This document shows, one piece after another, positions 49,080 to 61,965 of a DNA stretch of 64,000 nt. This DNA comes from Octopus sinensis (lineage: Eukaryota). Below the pieces are notes generated by a model. That model did not search any database, was not told the origin of the DNA, and saw only the letters and a program-made list of their open reading frames with translations. The position numbers and the translations under genes were made by a program. How positions within the stretch are numbered: the first letter of the stretch is position 1; every line of letters starts with the position of its first letter. The stretch covers positions 11,284,001-11,348,000 of the forward strand of contig NC_043016.1 of the NCBI RefSeq assembly GCF_006345805.1. The letters run 5' to 3'.

Positions 49080-49626
49080 TACATACATGCTAACACAAAT
49101 ACATTCATGCATGCATGTATCCATACATACATACATATATTACATACATACATTCACACATGCATACATACATACATACACCCACACACACGTGTTTGGT
49201 GTGTTTGTGTGCATATCCATATACACATCCACAGCACGCATACTCAGATAGGTATAAATATATATCTACAGTCGTAGAAAACAAAAACTACAACTTAAGT
49301 AGAATGAGAGCATGTGAGAGTGAGAGGCAGAGGAGAAGAAAGGATGCAGAAGGAGGAGGAAATGAGGACAATGAGGAGGAGTACAAAGACAAGATGTGTG
49401 AGGAGCAGGCAATGGTAGTTTGAAAAGTTATACTAAGGTCCCCGTCTTAGGTTCTAACATCTGCATCGGTTCTCATAACAGCCAAGAAAAACCCAATATA
49501 CATACATGCACATATATATAATATATTATATATATATATATATATATATAAATGGCGGTGCCCCAGCATGGCCACAGCTCGTGAGCTGAACTAGATAAAA
49601 TAAATAAATAAAATAAATAAAAATAT

Positions 49627-49770
49627 GGCACAGGAGTGGCTGTGTGGTAAGTAGCTTGCTTACTAACCACACGGTTCTGGGTTCAGTCCCACTGCATGGC
49701 ACCTTGCACAAGTGTCTTCTTGTGAGTGGATTGGTAGACAGAAACTGAAAGAAGCCCATTGTATATATAC

Positions 49771-49815
<45 letters not shown>

Positions 49816-50047
49816 TAGATGTATGTATGTGTGTGGGTATATATGTTTGTGTGTGTTTGTCCCCGCCAACATCGCTTGATAACCGATGCTGGTGTGATTA
49901 CGTCCCCCGTAACTTAGCGGTCGGCAAAAAGAGACTGATAGAATAAGTACTAGGCTTACAAAGAATAAGTCCTGGGGTCCATTTGCTCGACTAAAGGTAG
50001 TGCTCCAGCATGGCCACAGCCAAATGACTGAAACAAGTAAAAGAGTA
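49627..50047 (+). mobile_element. SINE family 1, full copy
   Basis: Family consensus with GAGTAAAAGAGTAA-type tail. Confidence 0.9.
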
Positions 50048-50439
50048 ATATATATATATGTATATATATACACACACACACGATTGGCATATGTGGTTTA
50101 TATAAGCATCTATGTATTTATCATCATCACTGTTTGTCAGCTTTCCATGCTGGCATGGGTTGGACGGTTTGACATGAAGCTGGCCAGTCAGGAAGCTGTC
50201 CAGATTCCAGTTCCCTGTTGTGGTATCGCTTCTACAGCTGGATGCTGCCCTTCCTTATGCCAACCGCTTTACAGGGTGTGCTTGGTGCATTTTTTAACAT
50301 GTCACTGGTGCAGAGGTGTATGTGCAGCACTGGTATGGGTGCTTTTCATGTGGCATCAGCACCTAAAAGGAACAAGTCTGTATATATGGAAGATAGTAAT
50401 TTTACTCATGCATCTGTTTATATATGCATATGAATATTT

Positions 50440-50805
50440 ATATACGAGAATCAGAATCAAAATCGAAATCGATCAACATCAATGGAAATTGTAGCTGTGA
50501 TACCAGTGCCGGTGGCACATAAAAAGCACCATCTGATCATGGCCGTTGCCAGCCTCGCCTCATGCCGGTGGCATGTAAAAAGCACCATCCGACCGTGGCC
50601 GTTTGCCAGCCCCGTCTGGCACTTGTGCTGGTGGCATGTAAAAAGCACCCACTACACTCACGGAGTGGTTGGTGTTAGGAAGGGGCATCCAGCCGTAGAA
50701 ACATTGCCAGATCAGACTGGGCCTGGTGCAGCCTTCTGGCTTCCCAGACACCAGCTGAACCGTCCAACCCATGCTAGCATGGAAAACGGACGCTAAATGA
50801 TGATG
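50440..50805 (+). mobile_element. RTE-tailed non-autonomous repeat
   Basis: ...CCATGCTAGCATGGAAAACGGACGCTAAATGATGATG end. Confidence 0.8.
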
Positions 50806-50849
50806 AAATGATGTATATATATTTAAAATATAAAATTAGTGTACACATT

Positions 50850-51572
50850 TATATGAATAGGGACGTCCTCATCAAGAAATTTGATGAGAGGGAGGAGGAG
50901 CTACAGACATCGGACATAGAAGGTAGGTGGAAATTCCTACAGGATAACTTGCCATAGACCAAGTCTGTGAATGGTGCAAAATCCCTTCCAGACCTAGAGT
51001 AAAGTGGTGGTGGAATGCTACGGTAGACAACATCATTAGAGCAAAGAAAAGGCCTGGAAAGCCTGGAAGGGTGGAGGTAGCCAAAAGGGAGGCTGGGTGG
51101 CAGATATACATAGCCAAGGGTGAAGCAGAAAAGAAGGAGTTTGCCAATGTCCAGCAACGTGAGGACCAAAGAACTGAGGTATTTCGGATTGCTTAGACAG
51201 TGCGTGAGAGAAAATTGTGATGTCACAGGTGAGAAATGCGTCCAGATGGATGATGGTGCACTTGCTTTTAATAATTCGGAAAAGAAAGAGGCTTGGAGAA
51301 GCCATTATGAAAGACTGCTGAATGTGGAGAATGAATGGGAGGAGGAGAGCCTGCCAAATGTTGACCCAGTAGAGGGACCAGCTATCTGAATAGATAGCTC
51401 CCTGGTAGATAAAGCAATTAAGAGTATGAAGCCAGGAAAAGCCCCCAGCCCATCAGGAATCACTGTTGAGATGCTTAAAACATCTGGTGGTGTGGGCTAT
51501 GGCCTAGTCACCCACAGTGTGGGCTATGGCCTAGTCACCCAGGTAGTTTATGATGGAATCATACCCAATGAC
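50850..51572 (+). mobile_element. RTE-clade LINE ORF fragment (between endonuclease and RT)
   Basis: WWNATVD...RQCVRENCDVTGEKCV...KKEAWRSHYERLLNVENEW...AIKSMKPGKAPSPSGITVEMLK; stops and frameshifts present. Confidence 0.85.
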
Positions 51573-52439
51573 ATTATATTGTGTCTATATAATTATATAT
51601 TAGTATATGTATATACATTACAAATATGCAGATATATTCATACATATGATATTGATGATGATGATGGTGATACTTAGATATTTAGATATCATCATCATTA
51701 TTTAACATCTATTTTCCATGCTGGCATGGGTTGGACAGCTTGAGAGGAGCTGGTAAGCCAGAGAACAGTGCTAGGCTTCATCGTCTGTTTCAGAATGGTT
51801 GGATGCCCTTTCTAATGCCAACCACTTTACAGAGTGTACTGGGTGTTTTTTACATGGCACAACCACTGATAGTTTTTCATAACATCAACAGCAGCAAGGT
51901 CATCAAGTAATTGTGAGACTTCTCAGCTGGGAGAGGGGATGGTTTTGAGGGAGGGGGCTTTGTGCCAGTTTCTAGATTCTAGTATAATAGAGGGATCAAG
52001 ATAGGTAGAGGATATTCTTGGCTACCCTTATAGGAAAGGAAAGGGTGGAAATTGAGATTTACAGAGAGAGATAGAGAGACAGTCAGAGTGAGACAGAGAG
52101 AGTATTAGATAGTGTTGGGGGTGCATCAGGACCCACCCAGGTACAAAGGAGAAAGTGGGGATGTTTCGTAAGAGTGAGAGGGGAGATATTTAGAGATGGG
52201 GAAGAGGTGACTGTAGCGAATGATGATGAGAGAAATTCAAATGGTCGGGAAGGGGTATGATAGATACGTGAGGACATGGTGAGTGGAGGGGTGTGTAGTG
52301 GGTAGTGATCATGGATGGTGGGAAATGACAGTATCGAAAAGATGTGGAGTAGTTTTTAGGTTGGTGGTGGAGGGCATGGTCATAAAGGACACAGCTGTGT
52401 GTATGGCCATGATTCTCAAGCACAACAAATTATCAAAAG

Positions 52440-52790
52440 TCTCGCTCCCTTGTCCATCTTCTCTGCAAGGGTCAGTATCTGAAGATCATTTTCCACCATC
52501 TCATCCCATGTCTTCCTGGGTCTGTCCCCATCCACTGGTTCCCTCCACAATTGGAGATCAGCACTTCTCTACACACCTGTCCTCGTCCGTACTTGTCACC
52601 TGACCATACAGGTGCAGTCTTCTTGCTTGTACCTTACCTTTGATGCCTCTTATACCCAATTTCTCCATTCACAGCCTATGTTTTACTGCCATGTAGCATA
52701 CATGGCGCCATGCAGTCTGGCTCTCGCTCCCACTGAGAGGCCCTTTGTTACCAACAAAGGTAATAGCTTTCTGGACTTTCTTCAGTAGAT
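52440..52790 (-). mobile_element. RTE-clade LINE 3' ORF fragment, degraded
   Basis: EKLGIRGIK...RRLHLYGQV...DEDRCVEKC, similar to RTE R.RLRW.GHV.R motifs. Confidence 0.6.
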
Positions 52791-53164
52791 TCATATGCTG
52801 TGTATGTGTGTTTGTGTGTGTGGGTGTGTGTGCGTGCTTGTGTGTGTGTGTGTGTGTGTGTGCGTGCGTGTTTGTTTGTGTGTGTGTGTGTGTGTGCGTG
52901 TTTGTGTGTGTGTGCTTGTGTGTGTGTGCATGTTTGTGTGTATGAGTGTGTGTGTGTGAGAGAGTGTGTTTGTGTGTTGTGTGTGTGTGTGTGTGCGTGT
53001 TTGTGTGTGTGCATGTTTGTGTGTGTGTGCTTGTGTGTGTGTGCATGTTTGTGTGTATGAGTGTGTGTGTGTGAGAGAGCGTGCATGTGTGTGTGTAAGC
53101 ATGAGTGTTTGTGTATGTATGAGTGTGTATGTATGTATGTGTGCATGTGTTGTGTATGTATGCG

Positions 53165-53195
<31 letters not shown>

Positions 53196-53414
53196 TTTAC
53201 CTAAGCTCTTAACAGAGTTCCTGGTGTTTGTAAGTTCTGCAGTTGAGCTTTTATGTCTTGTTTGAGTTGTTGATACACACAACCAAATGTGTGCATCGAG
53301 TCACATGACAACCTCACATGGAGAATTTTGGGAATGTTTCACAAATCTCCAGTGTTACTAGCAGATCGAATTTGGAGAGGCCACGTCAGTTTCTTTTGTA
53401 CGTACGTACTTATG

Positions 53415-53824
53415 TACTCTTTTACTTGTTTCAGTCATCTGATTGCGGCCATGCTGGAGCACCGGCTTTAGTCGAGCAACTCGACCCCGGGACTTATTCT
53501 CTTGTAAACCCAGTACTTATTCTATCCATCTCTTTTTGCCGAACTGCTAAGTAACGGAGACATAAACACACCAGCATCGGTTGTCAAGCAATGCTAGGGG
53601 AACAAACACAGACACACAAACATACACACACACACTTATATATATATATATACATATATACGACGGGCTTCTTTCAGTTTCCGTCTACCAAATCCACTCA
53701 CAAGGCTTTGGTCGGCCCGAGGCTATAGTGGAAGACACTTGCCGAAGGTGCCACGCAGTGGGACTGAACCCGGAACCATGTGGTTGGTAAACAAGCTACT
53801 TACCACACAGCCACTCCTGTGCCT
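53415..53824 (-). mobile_element. SINE family 1, young full copy
   Basis: Family consensus. Confidence 0.9.
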
Positions 53825-53889
53825 ATGTATGTATATATGTTTGTAGTTATGTATGTATTTGTATTTATACTTACATATGTATGCATGTG

Positions 53890-54465
53890 GAAGCAAGCGC
53901 TTCCACCAGCAATGTCTCCGCACCATCCTCATCATTCACTGGAGTGACTTTGTCACAAACATTGAAGTCTTGACGCGGGCCGAGATCCCCAGCATTGAAG
54001 CCATGCTACTGAAGTACCACCTCCGATGGGCAGGGCATGTCCCCAGAATGGAGAACCATCGCCTTCCAAAGATTGCCCTGTTTGGCGAACTCTCCACCGG
54101 CCACCGAGTGAGAGGAGCTCCGAGGAAGCGCTACAAAGACTGCCTCAAGAAGTCTCTAACAGCATGTCAAATTAACCACCAATGCTGATCAGACCTGGCT
54201 GCGGACCGTGATGTCTGGCGCCACACGATCTTCAACGCAGTCAGCAAGTTTGAGGAACAAAGAAGAGATGCAATTAAAGACAAGAGACGCAGGAGGAAGG
54301 CGCGAGCCACCTCTGACACCACACCGGATGTTACCTTCATCTGTGGACACTGCTCACGGACCTGCCTTTCCCATATCGGACTTGTCGGTCATGAGCGTGC
54401 ATGCACGCAACGTGGACAGCCTGCCTGATCTTCATTCGCGAAGCCGAGCCATGATGATGATGTAT
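53890..54465 (+). mobile_element. RTE-BovB-type LINE 3' end (5'-truncated) with C-terminal C2H2 finger and (ATG)n tail
   Basis: RFHQQCLRTIL...LRWAGHVPRMENHRLPKIALFGEL...GAPRKRYKDCLK...FICGHCSRTCLSHIGLVGHERAC; one in-frame TGA. Confidence 0.9.
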
Positions 54466-54909
54466 GCATGTATGATACATAGGCATATATGCATGTATAC
54501 ACACACACACAGGCACAAACTGGATCTTTGTATAAGAGACTGCATTGGATCGTCCTTATCTCTTTGCCATAGTCTCCCATCTTTAGGTTATATATTGAAC
54601 TATGAGCATTGAACTATCTGTAGCTTCTCTATCTTCCTTTTCTGCACAGCCAGTCGATTCTCTCCCTCTCCCCCTCCTTTCTCCCCACCCATTTCTTTTT
54701 TATTCTCCTCCTTTGTCTATACATCTTCAGTTGCTGAATACCGTCTTCCTCTACATTTGTTGTACAACTCACCTATGTTTGTGCCACAACAGAAAGTGTC
54801 CACCCCAAACCCTCAGCTCAGCGGTGAGCAACAACTATCTATCAAGGCGATGCTACCATGGAAACTACACCCGGTACACACAGTAAAATGGTTGGCTAAA
54901 ATGGTTGGC

Positions 54910-55137
54910 AAGCTGGCAGAAACATTAGCACACTGGGCGAAATGCGTAGCCGTATTCTGTCTGCCATTACGTTCTGAGTTCAAATTCTGCCGAGGTCGAC
55001 TTTGCCTTTCATCCTTTCGGGGTCGATAAATTAAGTACCAGTTACGCACTGGGGTCGATGTAATCGACTTAATCCGTTTGTCTGTCCTTGTTTGTCCTCT
55101 CTGTGTTTAGCCCCTTGAGGGTAGTAAAGAAATAGGT
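54910..55137 (+). mobile_element. SINE family 2
   Basis: Family consensus. Confidence 0.9.
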
Positions 55138-55436
55138 TGGCTAAGGAGCAGAGAAATTGTAAGGTTGTGATGTCCCTTTAGTCCTGTTTCAGCAAGAATT
55201 GCCTTCCTACTCATTTCTAGCTGTCCAACCCATGTCTCACACACATGCATATATATGAGGGAGTGCTGAAACTTTCCTGGCTTTAAAAGGTATCATGAAA
55301 GGAACTGGGGTTTTTTTTTTACAGTTCCAAGTTTATTTACAGGGCTTAGAAAAAATTAAGGACCGCTGCAATAAGTGTGTGAATCTGAGAGAAGGAATAT
55401 GTTGAATAGAATTATAATTAACTTTTCAGCCCCAAC

Positions 55437-55470
<34 letters not shown>

Positions 55471-55477
<7 letters not shown>

Positions 55478-56114
55478 TAATAAGGGCAGATATTGATATT
55501 AATCAATTAAAAACAGCGTGCCTCCTGGCATATTTTTAAAAAATCCAAAGATTAAAAATTTTTTTTTACATACAAAATTTAGAGGACTGACCACTGAAAG
55601 TGGACAGCCTGTATGCTAGATATAGACATCAAGTCGCCATTTTCTACAAAGAATGTGTTCTCAAGTAAAAACTCAGCAAAAAACCAAAGTGTAAAAATAA
55701 GCAAGACAAATGAAAATATGAGAAATAAAAAACGATTATCTATGTACTAATTAGTTTCACTTGTTAATATTTACGTATATGGACACGTAAACATCTGCAA
55801 GATCATCAGCAATAGTCTGTCGTTTACAAAACACAATTTCCAGAACTAGATACAGAACACTCAGCCGAAATCCAGCATGTATAAAGTTCTACAAATTATA
55901 TTTATGTGTATCTTTCAAATGCCTTCACTTTGGCATGCTGAGATCGGAAATTACTCTGCAGTTAATAAACTAAAGCAGTCAATTTACGGGTGTTACGGTA
56001 AAGAACATTTTTTTATCTAAATTAAATAAGGGTAGAAATGAATTAATCAATTAAAACCAGTGGCCCCCCAGCCATCTAAAAAAATCTGAAGAATAAAAAT
56101 TTTTTTTTTACATG
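55471..56114 (-). mobile_element. PLE-type terminal repeat (about 550 bp) plus the start of a diverged second copy cut by the gap
   Basis: ATTAAATAA...GGG(C/T)AGA...TTAATCAATTAAAA...AAAAATTTTTTTTTACAT recurs at about 55471 and 56020; carries a hammerhead. Confidence 0.55.
55740..55815 (-). ncRNA. Type I hammerhead ribozyme candidate with perfect core and extended stem II
   Basis: CUAU(U)G-CUGAUGA-U CUUG CAG AUGUUUACGU(GUCCAUAU)ACGUAAAUAU UAA CAAG U-GAA-ACUAAUUAGU-A-CAUAG. Confidence 0.75.
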
Positions 56115-56214
56115 NNNNNNNNNNNNNNNNNNNNNNNNNNNNNNNNNNNNNNNNNNNNNNNNNNNNNNNNNNNNNNNNNNNNNNNNNNNNNNNNNNNNNN
56201 NNNNNNNNNNNNNN
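56115..56214. other. Assembly gap (100 N)
   Basis: Run of N. Confidence 1.
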
Positions 56215-56926
56215 CAAGGCCAAATGACCTCGCCCCAACATAAGGGTGCGTGTGTGTATGAGAGAGTATGTATGTGCTGTATGAAAGGTCTGAATGGGTG
56301 TATGTATGTATGTATGATGTGATGTGTATGTCGTAGGGTTGTAGTGTAGTTTCGTATGGTTTAGTGTAGTGTTAGTGTTGTGAGGGAGGTGGGGAAAGCC
56401 CATGTGGGGTGTGGGTTGGCTGGTTGGGGTGGGTTTGGGGTTTAGAGTGGGGAGAGTGGGGTTTGTGGGTGAGAGTGAAAGGGGGAGAGAGGAAGAGGAG
56501 AGAGAGCGGAGTGGAGGGATGAGAAGACAGATGAGGGGGAGGGGAGAGAGGAGATGAGGGGGGGGAGAGGAGGGGGGGGGGAGGAGATGAGGGGGAGGGA
56601 GAGGGGAGAGAGGGGAGAGAGGGGAGGGATGGGAGATATATATATATTTATATATATATATAATCTATATATATGACGGTCTTCTTTCAGTTCTGTCTAC
56701 CAAATCCACTAACAAGGCTTTGGTCAGCCTGAGGCTATAGTAGAAGACACTTGCCCAAGTTGCCACACAGTGAGACTGAACCCTGGACCATATGGTTGGT
56801 AAGCGAGCTACTAACAACAAAGCCACTCCTGTTTTTTCTTTTGATTTCTTCTTTTGGGTAAGATTTTTGAACTATGTCTGTTTATTCCTATGAGCTTACC
56901 AATACTAATGATGATAAATGCTATAA

Positions 56927-57551
56927 CTTAATGAGCCTAGTATAGAGTTTCATTAATGAACCTGAACTAGAGAACTACTTTAAGTATCTAAATTAATTAA
57001 CTAATTAACCTTATTTTGTCAAAAGAAATACAATATCTATTGAGTGCATTTGATTAGCACCCACCCCATTACCAATTACATAAAGTAAAAACAATCAACA
57101 AAACAATAAAAATAAAAAATATTTCCTTTCTTCTAGTGTCACAAGACCAGTAGTTTTAGGAGAGAGGGTTAGTCAATTACATTGACGTTAAAAGCACCCA
57201 GTACACTCATGGAGTGGTTGGCGTTAGGAAGGGCATCCAGCTTAATGAGCCTAGTATAGAGTTTCATTAATGAACCTGAACTAGAGAACTACTTTAAGTA
57301 TCTAAATTAATTAACTAATTAACCTTATTTTGTCAAAAGAAATACAATATCTATTGAGTGCATTTGATTAGCACCCACCCCATTACCAATTACATAAAGT
57401 AAAAACAATCAACAAAACAATAAAATAAAAATATTCCTTTCTTCTAGTGTCACAAGACCAGTAGTTTTAGGAGAGAGGGTTAGTCAATTACATTGACGTA
57501 AAAAGCACCCACTACACTCATGGAGTGGTTGGCGTTAGGAAGGGCATCCAG
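56927..57551 (+). repeat. Near-identical tandem duplication (about 314 + 311 bp)
   Basis: CTTAATGAGCCTAG...GAAGGGCATCCAG at 56927-57240 and 57241-57551. Confidence 0.9.
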
Positions 57552-58149
57552 CCGTAGAAACACTGTCAGATCAGACTGGGCCTGATGCAGCCTTCCGGCT
57601 TCACAGACCCCAGTTGAACCATCCAACCCATGCTAGCATGGAAAGCAGACGCTAAACGATGATGATGATGATGATGATGATTGACCCCAGTACTCAACTG
57701 GTACCTATTCTATCAACCCCAAAAGGATGAAAAGCAAAGTCGACCTCAGTAGGATTTGAACCCAGAATGTAAAGATGTGCGAAATGCCACCAGGCATTTT
57801 GCTTGGCATGCTAACAATTCTGAACGACCAGTCCATGCAACAGGTTGTACTGGGTTACATGTTACCAGCAGCGCTCAAGAGCGACCTGACACATGGCCTG
57901 AAATTTTATGCGGAGGGCTTAGTTGTTTACATCGACTCTCCCACCCCACAACCAGGTGTGATTTTATTGACCTATAAAGGACGGAAGAGGAAACTGGCTT
58001 GGGTGGAATTTGAACTCAGAACGTGCTGTCTAAAGAAATGGCGTTAAGCATTTTGTCCAGCATGCTAACAATTCAGCCAGCTCATTGCTTTTAATAACAA
58101 CAACATAAGCAATAATAATAATAAAATCCTCATCGTCATCATCAGCAGC

Positions 58150-58643
58150 AGCAGCGGCAGGCCCTTTCCTGTCTGGCCAAGCCCTCACCAATTTCTTCTA
58201 ATATCATTTGAAGAGGAAGGTGAGGGTAGAGAGGGAGGTGCTGCCATCCAGTGTGTTTATCAAAAGATGGCCAACAGTTGCAAGACCGGTGAGGCCAAAT
58301 GGACCAACTCTGAGTATACTTTCCTAAGTAGGAGGAAAGAAACTGAAAGAGAGCATTTTCCCATGTCTTGAGAATGGCATAGTAATCTGGGATTTTTGTG
58401 TGAGGTTTACCCCAGATTACCTTACGTGCACTGCCCCATTATTGGAGATTCTATTTATTCATATATTTATTTCCCTAATTTCTGTTATATATCCTCTGTT
58501 ATATCCCTTAATGCGGTAGCATCTCCCTTTGATTAATGTAAACCCCACCTGTTTTTGTTTTTTTAAAATGGTTTGTGTGTGCTGTAGTTCATCCTTCAAT
58601 ATTGTCCTCCATGTTTTGGGCCCTTGTGGCCAATAAAAGAAAT
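58150..58643 (+). mobile_element. L1/Tx1-like LINE 3' end
   Basis: LSGQALTNFF*YHLKRKVRVEREVL...RW, then a UTR ending in AATAAA. Clade call from recall. Confidence 0.55.
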
Positions 58644-58661
58644 CATTATTATTATTATTAT

Positions 58662-59037
58662 TCAGTAGTTTTATTTTTATAGCGTGCTTTCACTTCACTA
58701 CCGAGCGCAGCTCTGTGTGCCTTGGGTATGTGCTGTGATCTGTTGTGATGCTCTGATGGTTAATGTATGGAAAGTGTTCTGCGTAGGATGTGTGCAGTGC
58801 CTAGTAGTGCAATTTTCTGTATGTTTATATGTATTTGTAAGTCCTGGTATTTTTTTGTTATGTATTTGTCTGAATATTTTTTATCATCATGCCTATGCAC
58901 CTACTATGATAGGAATTGTTTCTGTTTTTAGATTCCACATTCTAGTTACCTCTATTTCCAGGTCTTGTATTTTGAAAGTTTCTCCATTTCTTTTAGAGAC
59001 ACGTTGTCATCAGCCGGTATTGATACATCAATTAGAA

Positions 59038-59040
<3 letters not shown>
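58662..59040 (-). mobile_element. R4/Dong-type LINE 3' end in a (TAA)n array
   Basis: LIDVSIPADDNVSLKEMEKLSKY.DLEIEVTRMWNLKTETIPIIVGA...KIALLGTAHILRRTLSI*, with an (AAT)n tail. Confidence 0.85.
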
Positions 59041-59075
<35 letters not shown>

Positions 59076-59192
59076 TGAGTTAAGGTAGCATGATGGCAGA
59101 ATTGTTAAATTGATTTCTCCCATCTCTCAAAGACTGCTAGCCCTATGCCAAAATTTTAAAACATGATTATTATTATTATTATTATTATTATC

Positions 59193-59242
<50 letters not shown>

Positions 59243-59316
59243 TATTTATTATTATTGTTATTATTAATTATTATTTATTATTATTAATTATTATTATTAT
59301 TATTATTATTATTATT

Positions 59317-59873
59317 GAGTGAGAGAGCAGTTCATCCATCAAAGTGACACTGGGGTAAATATATACGAAGCCCAATATACCCATCATGACTACCCGTTGA
59401 TAAAGGTACACCAGGCACACATGCATCACAACCATATGTGCGCGACATGGTGATCTCATATCAAGATAAACAGCACATGACCTTGCAGGTGGGGCCCAGT
59501 TAGAATTTTCTTCAGGTTGAGTAGCCCATTCCCGCTCAAAACGGTCCCTGAATAAGGGTTGTTTAAGGATGTTGAAAGAACCACCCATGTTTCAGAGGGT
59601 GAAATATTCAAACCCCAAAGAATCCCCTCTCAACACATGGCTATGATGCTCCCCCACTACTTCTGCTCATGATCAGAGATGCACATATCGTCAGCCACTA
59701 AGGACATGCTCAACTGGTTAAGGTCAAACAACTGACAAGCAAATCTGTGGTATTGAGCAGAATATTTGCTGTAGCCATCTTTTATACCAAGACAAAAACA
59801 ATGTACATGATAACACTTCCAATCAGTTAAGATCAGAAGCCATGAGAGCCACTGCCTGGTACTGCATCAGGGC

Positions 59874-59876
<3 letters not shown>
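59317..59876 (-). mobile_element. About 560-bp non-coding interspersed element flanked on both sides by (TAA)n (copy 1)
   Basis: Highly similar to 60697-61222; no ORF; both ends abut TAA arrays. Confidence 0.8.
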
Positions 59877-59917
<41 letters not shown>

Positions 59918-60140
59918 TATTATTATTATATTATTATTATTATTATTATTATCATCATCATCATCATCATTAAGATAGTGAGCTGGCAGAGTTGTTAGCA
60001 CACTCAACAAAATGCTGAGCAGGTTTTCGCCTATCTTCATATTCTGAGTTCAAATTCCACCAAAGTTGACTTTGCCTTTCATCCTTTTGTGGGGTCAATG
60101 AAATAAGTACCAGTTACGCACTGGGATCAATGTAAATGAC

Positions 60141-60177
<37 letters not shown>

Positions 60178-60224
60178 GATTTTCCCCACCACCTTCTATT
60201 GCCAGGCGGGTAGTAGCAATTTTT

Positions 60225-60678
60225 ATTTGTCTAGTGGCTGTATCAAAGAGTAGGGTGAGTATGGTTGGGACCCATTGAAAGGGCTAAAGACAGACACTTT
60301 CCTCTTTGGCCAAGCCCTCATCAACTTTTTCAAGTTCCACTTGAGACTGAAGTTGAGGGTGGGGAGAGGGAAGTGCTGCCTTGTAGCAAGTTTGTTGAAA
60401 GGTGAGTTGATGATGTGGTGAAGAATGGCCAGTGGTGAAAGGATCAATTCTGAGTGTGCACCTGTAAAAAAGGTATCAAAGGAGAAGGGCTCTTGCCCTG
60501 TTGTTCGGGTACCTGTGGCTTTTGCGGGGTTTTCCATGAAGACCTTAAAGCGCCTCCCCTATTGGCAGTTTTATATTGTTTACACTCTGTAAAACTTTGT
60601 ATCGACGTCTTTTTTCTTATGGTGTTGCCTATCTTTTAATGTTATTTTATGTGAGCCTTATGGCTACTAAATAAATCA
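60225..60678 (+). mobile_element. L1/Tx1-like LINE 3' end (second, diverged copy)
   Basis: LKGLKTDTFLFGQALINFFKFHLRLKLRV. Confidence 0.55.
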
Positions 60679-60696
60679 ATTATTATTATTATCATG

Positions 60697-61222
60697 GAGT
60701 GAGAGAGCAGAGCATGCCATCAAGTGACACTGGGGTAAATATACGAAGCCCAATATACCCATCATGACTACCCGTCTGATAAGGGTACACCAGGCACATG
60801 CATTACAACCAATTTGCGCGACATGGTGATCGATATCAAGATAAACAGCACATGAACTTGCAGTTGGGGCCCCAGTTAGAATTTTCTTCAGGTTGAGTAG
60901 CCCATTCCGCTCAAATGTCCCTGAATAAGGGTTGTTTGAGGATGTTTGAAAGAACCACCCATGTTTCCAGAGGTAAATTATTCAAACCCCAAACAATCCC
61001 TCTCAACACATGGCTCTTGATGCTCCCCCACTACTTCTGCTCGTGATAGAGAGCACATATCGTCAGCCACCATGGGACATGCTCAAATGGTTATGGTCAA
61101 ACACTGAAAAGCAAATCTGTGGTATTGAGCAGAATATTTGCTGTAGCCCATCTTTATACCAAGACAAAACAATGTACATGATGACACTTCCAATCAGTTA
61201 AGATCAGAAGCCATGAGAGCCA
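60697..61222 (-). mobile_element. (TAA)n-flanked element, copy 2 (about 25 nt shorter at one end)
   Basis: Aligns end to end with 59317-59876. Confidence 0.8.
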
Positions 61223-61747
61223 TTATTATTATTATTATTATTCATCTTTTAACATTTGTTTTCTATGCTGGCATGGTTTGAATGGTTTAACCAGAGATGC
61301 CAAGCCGGTGGAGTTGCACCAGTTTCCAGTCTGATTTGGCTCCATTTCTTTGGCTGGATGTCCTTCCTAGTACCAACCACTGTACAAGTTGTGCTGGGTT
61401 TCCTCTCTGTGGCACCAGCGGTGCAGATGCTCTTCATGTGATGCCAGCACTGGTGCTTTTCGCAGGGTGCCAGTACAGGACTCTTGCAAGCCAATCCTTT
61501 TCAGCAGCGGGGAGGGATAACATTAACACTTCTGCTGGGGAGAACAGGTTGTCTTGCGTACAGCAAGGCACCAGACATAACAGTCCTTTGTCATCTCATT
61601 ATCATTATTATTGAGTGTAGTGGTTTGGCAGAATTGTAAGGAGTACCAGAGGAATTGCCTTGCAATATTTCTTCCATGTCTTCAATCTGGGGTAAAATTA
61701 GACAAACTATTAGGCAAATCAGGGAGTTTGATGGTACTGACTTCCTG

Positions 61748-61965
61748 GCGAGCTGGCAGAAACGTTAGCATGCTGGGCGAAATGCATAGCCGTATTTCGT
61801 CTGCCGTTACGTTCTGAGTTCAAATTCTGTCGAGATTGACTTTGCCTTTCATCCTTTCGGGGTAGATAAATTAAGTACCAGTTATTCACTGGGGTCGATA
61901 TAATCGACTTAATCCATCTGTTTGTCCTCTCTGTGTTTAGCCCCTTGTGGCTAGTAAAGAAATAG
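61748..61965 (+). mobile_element. SINE family 2
   Basis: Family consensus. Confidence 0.9.
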
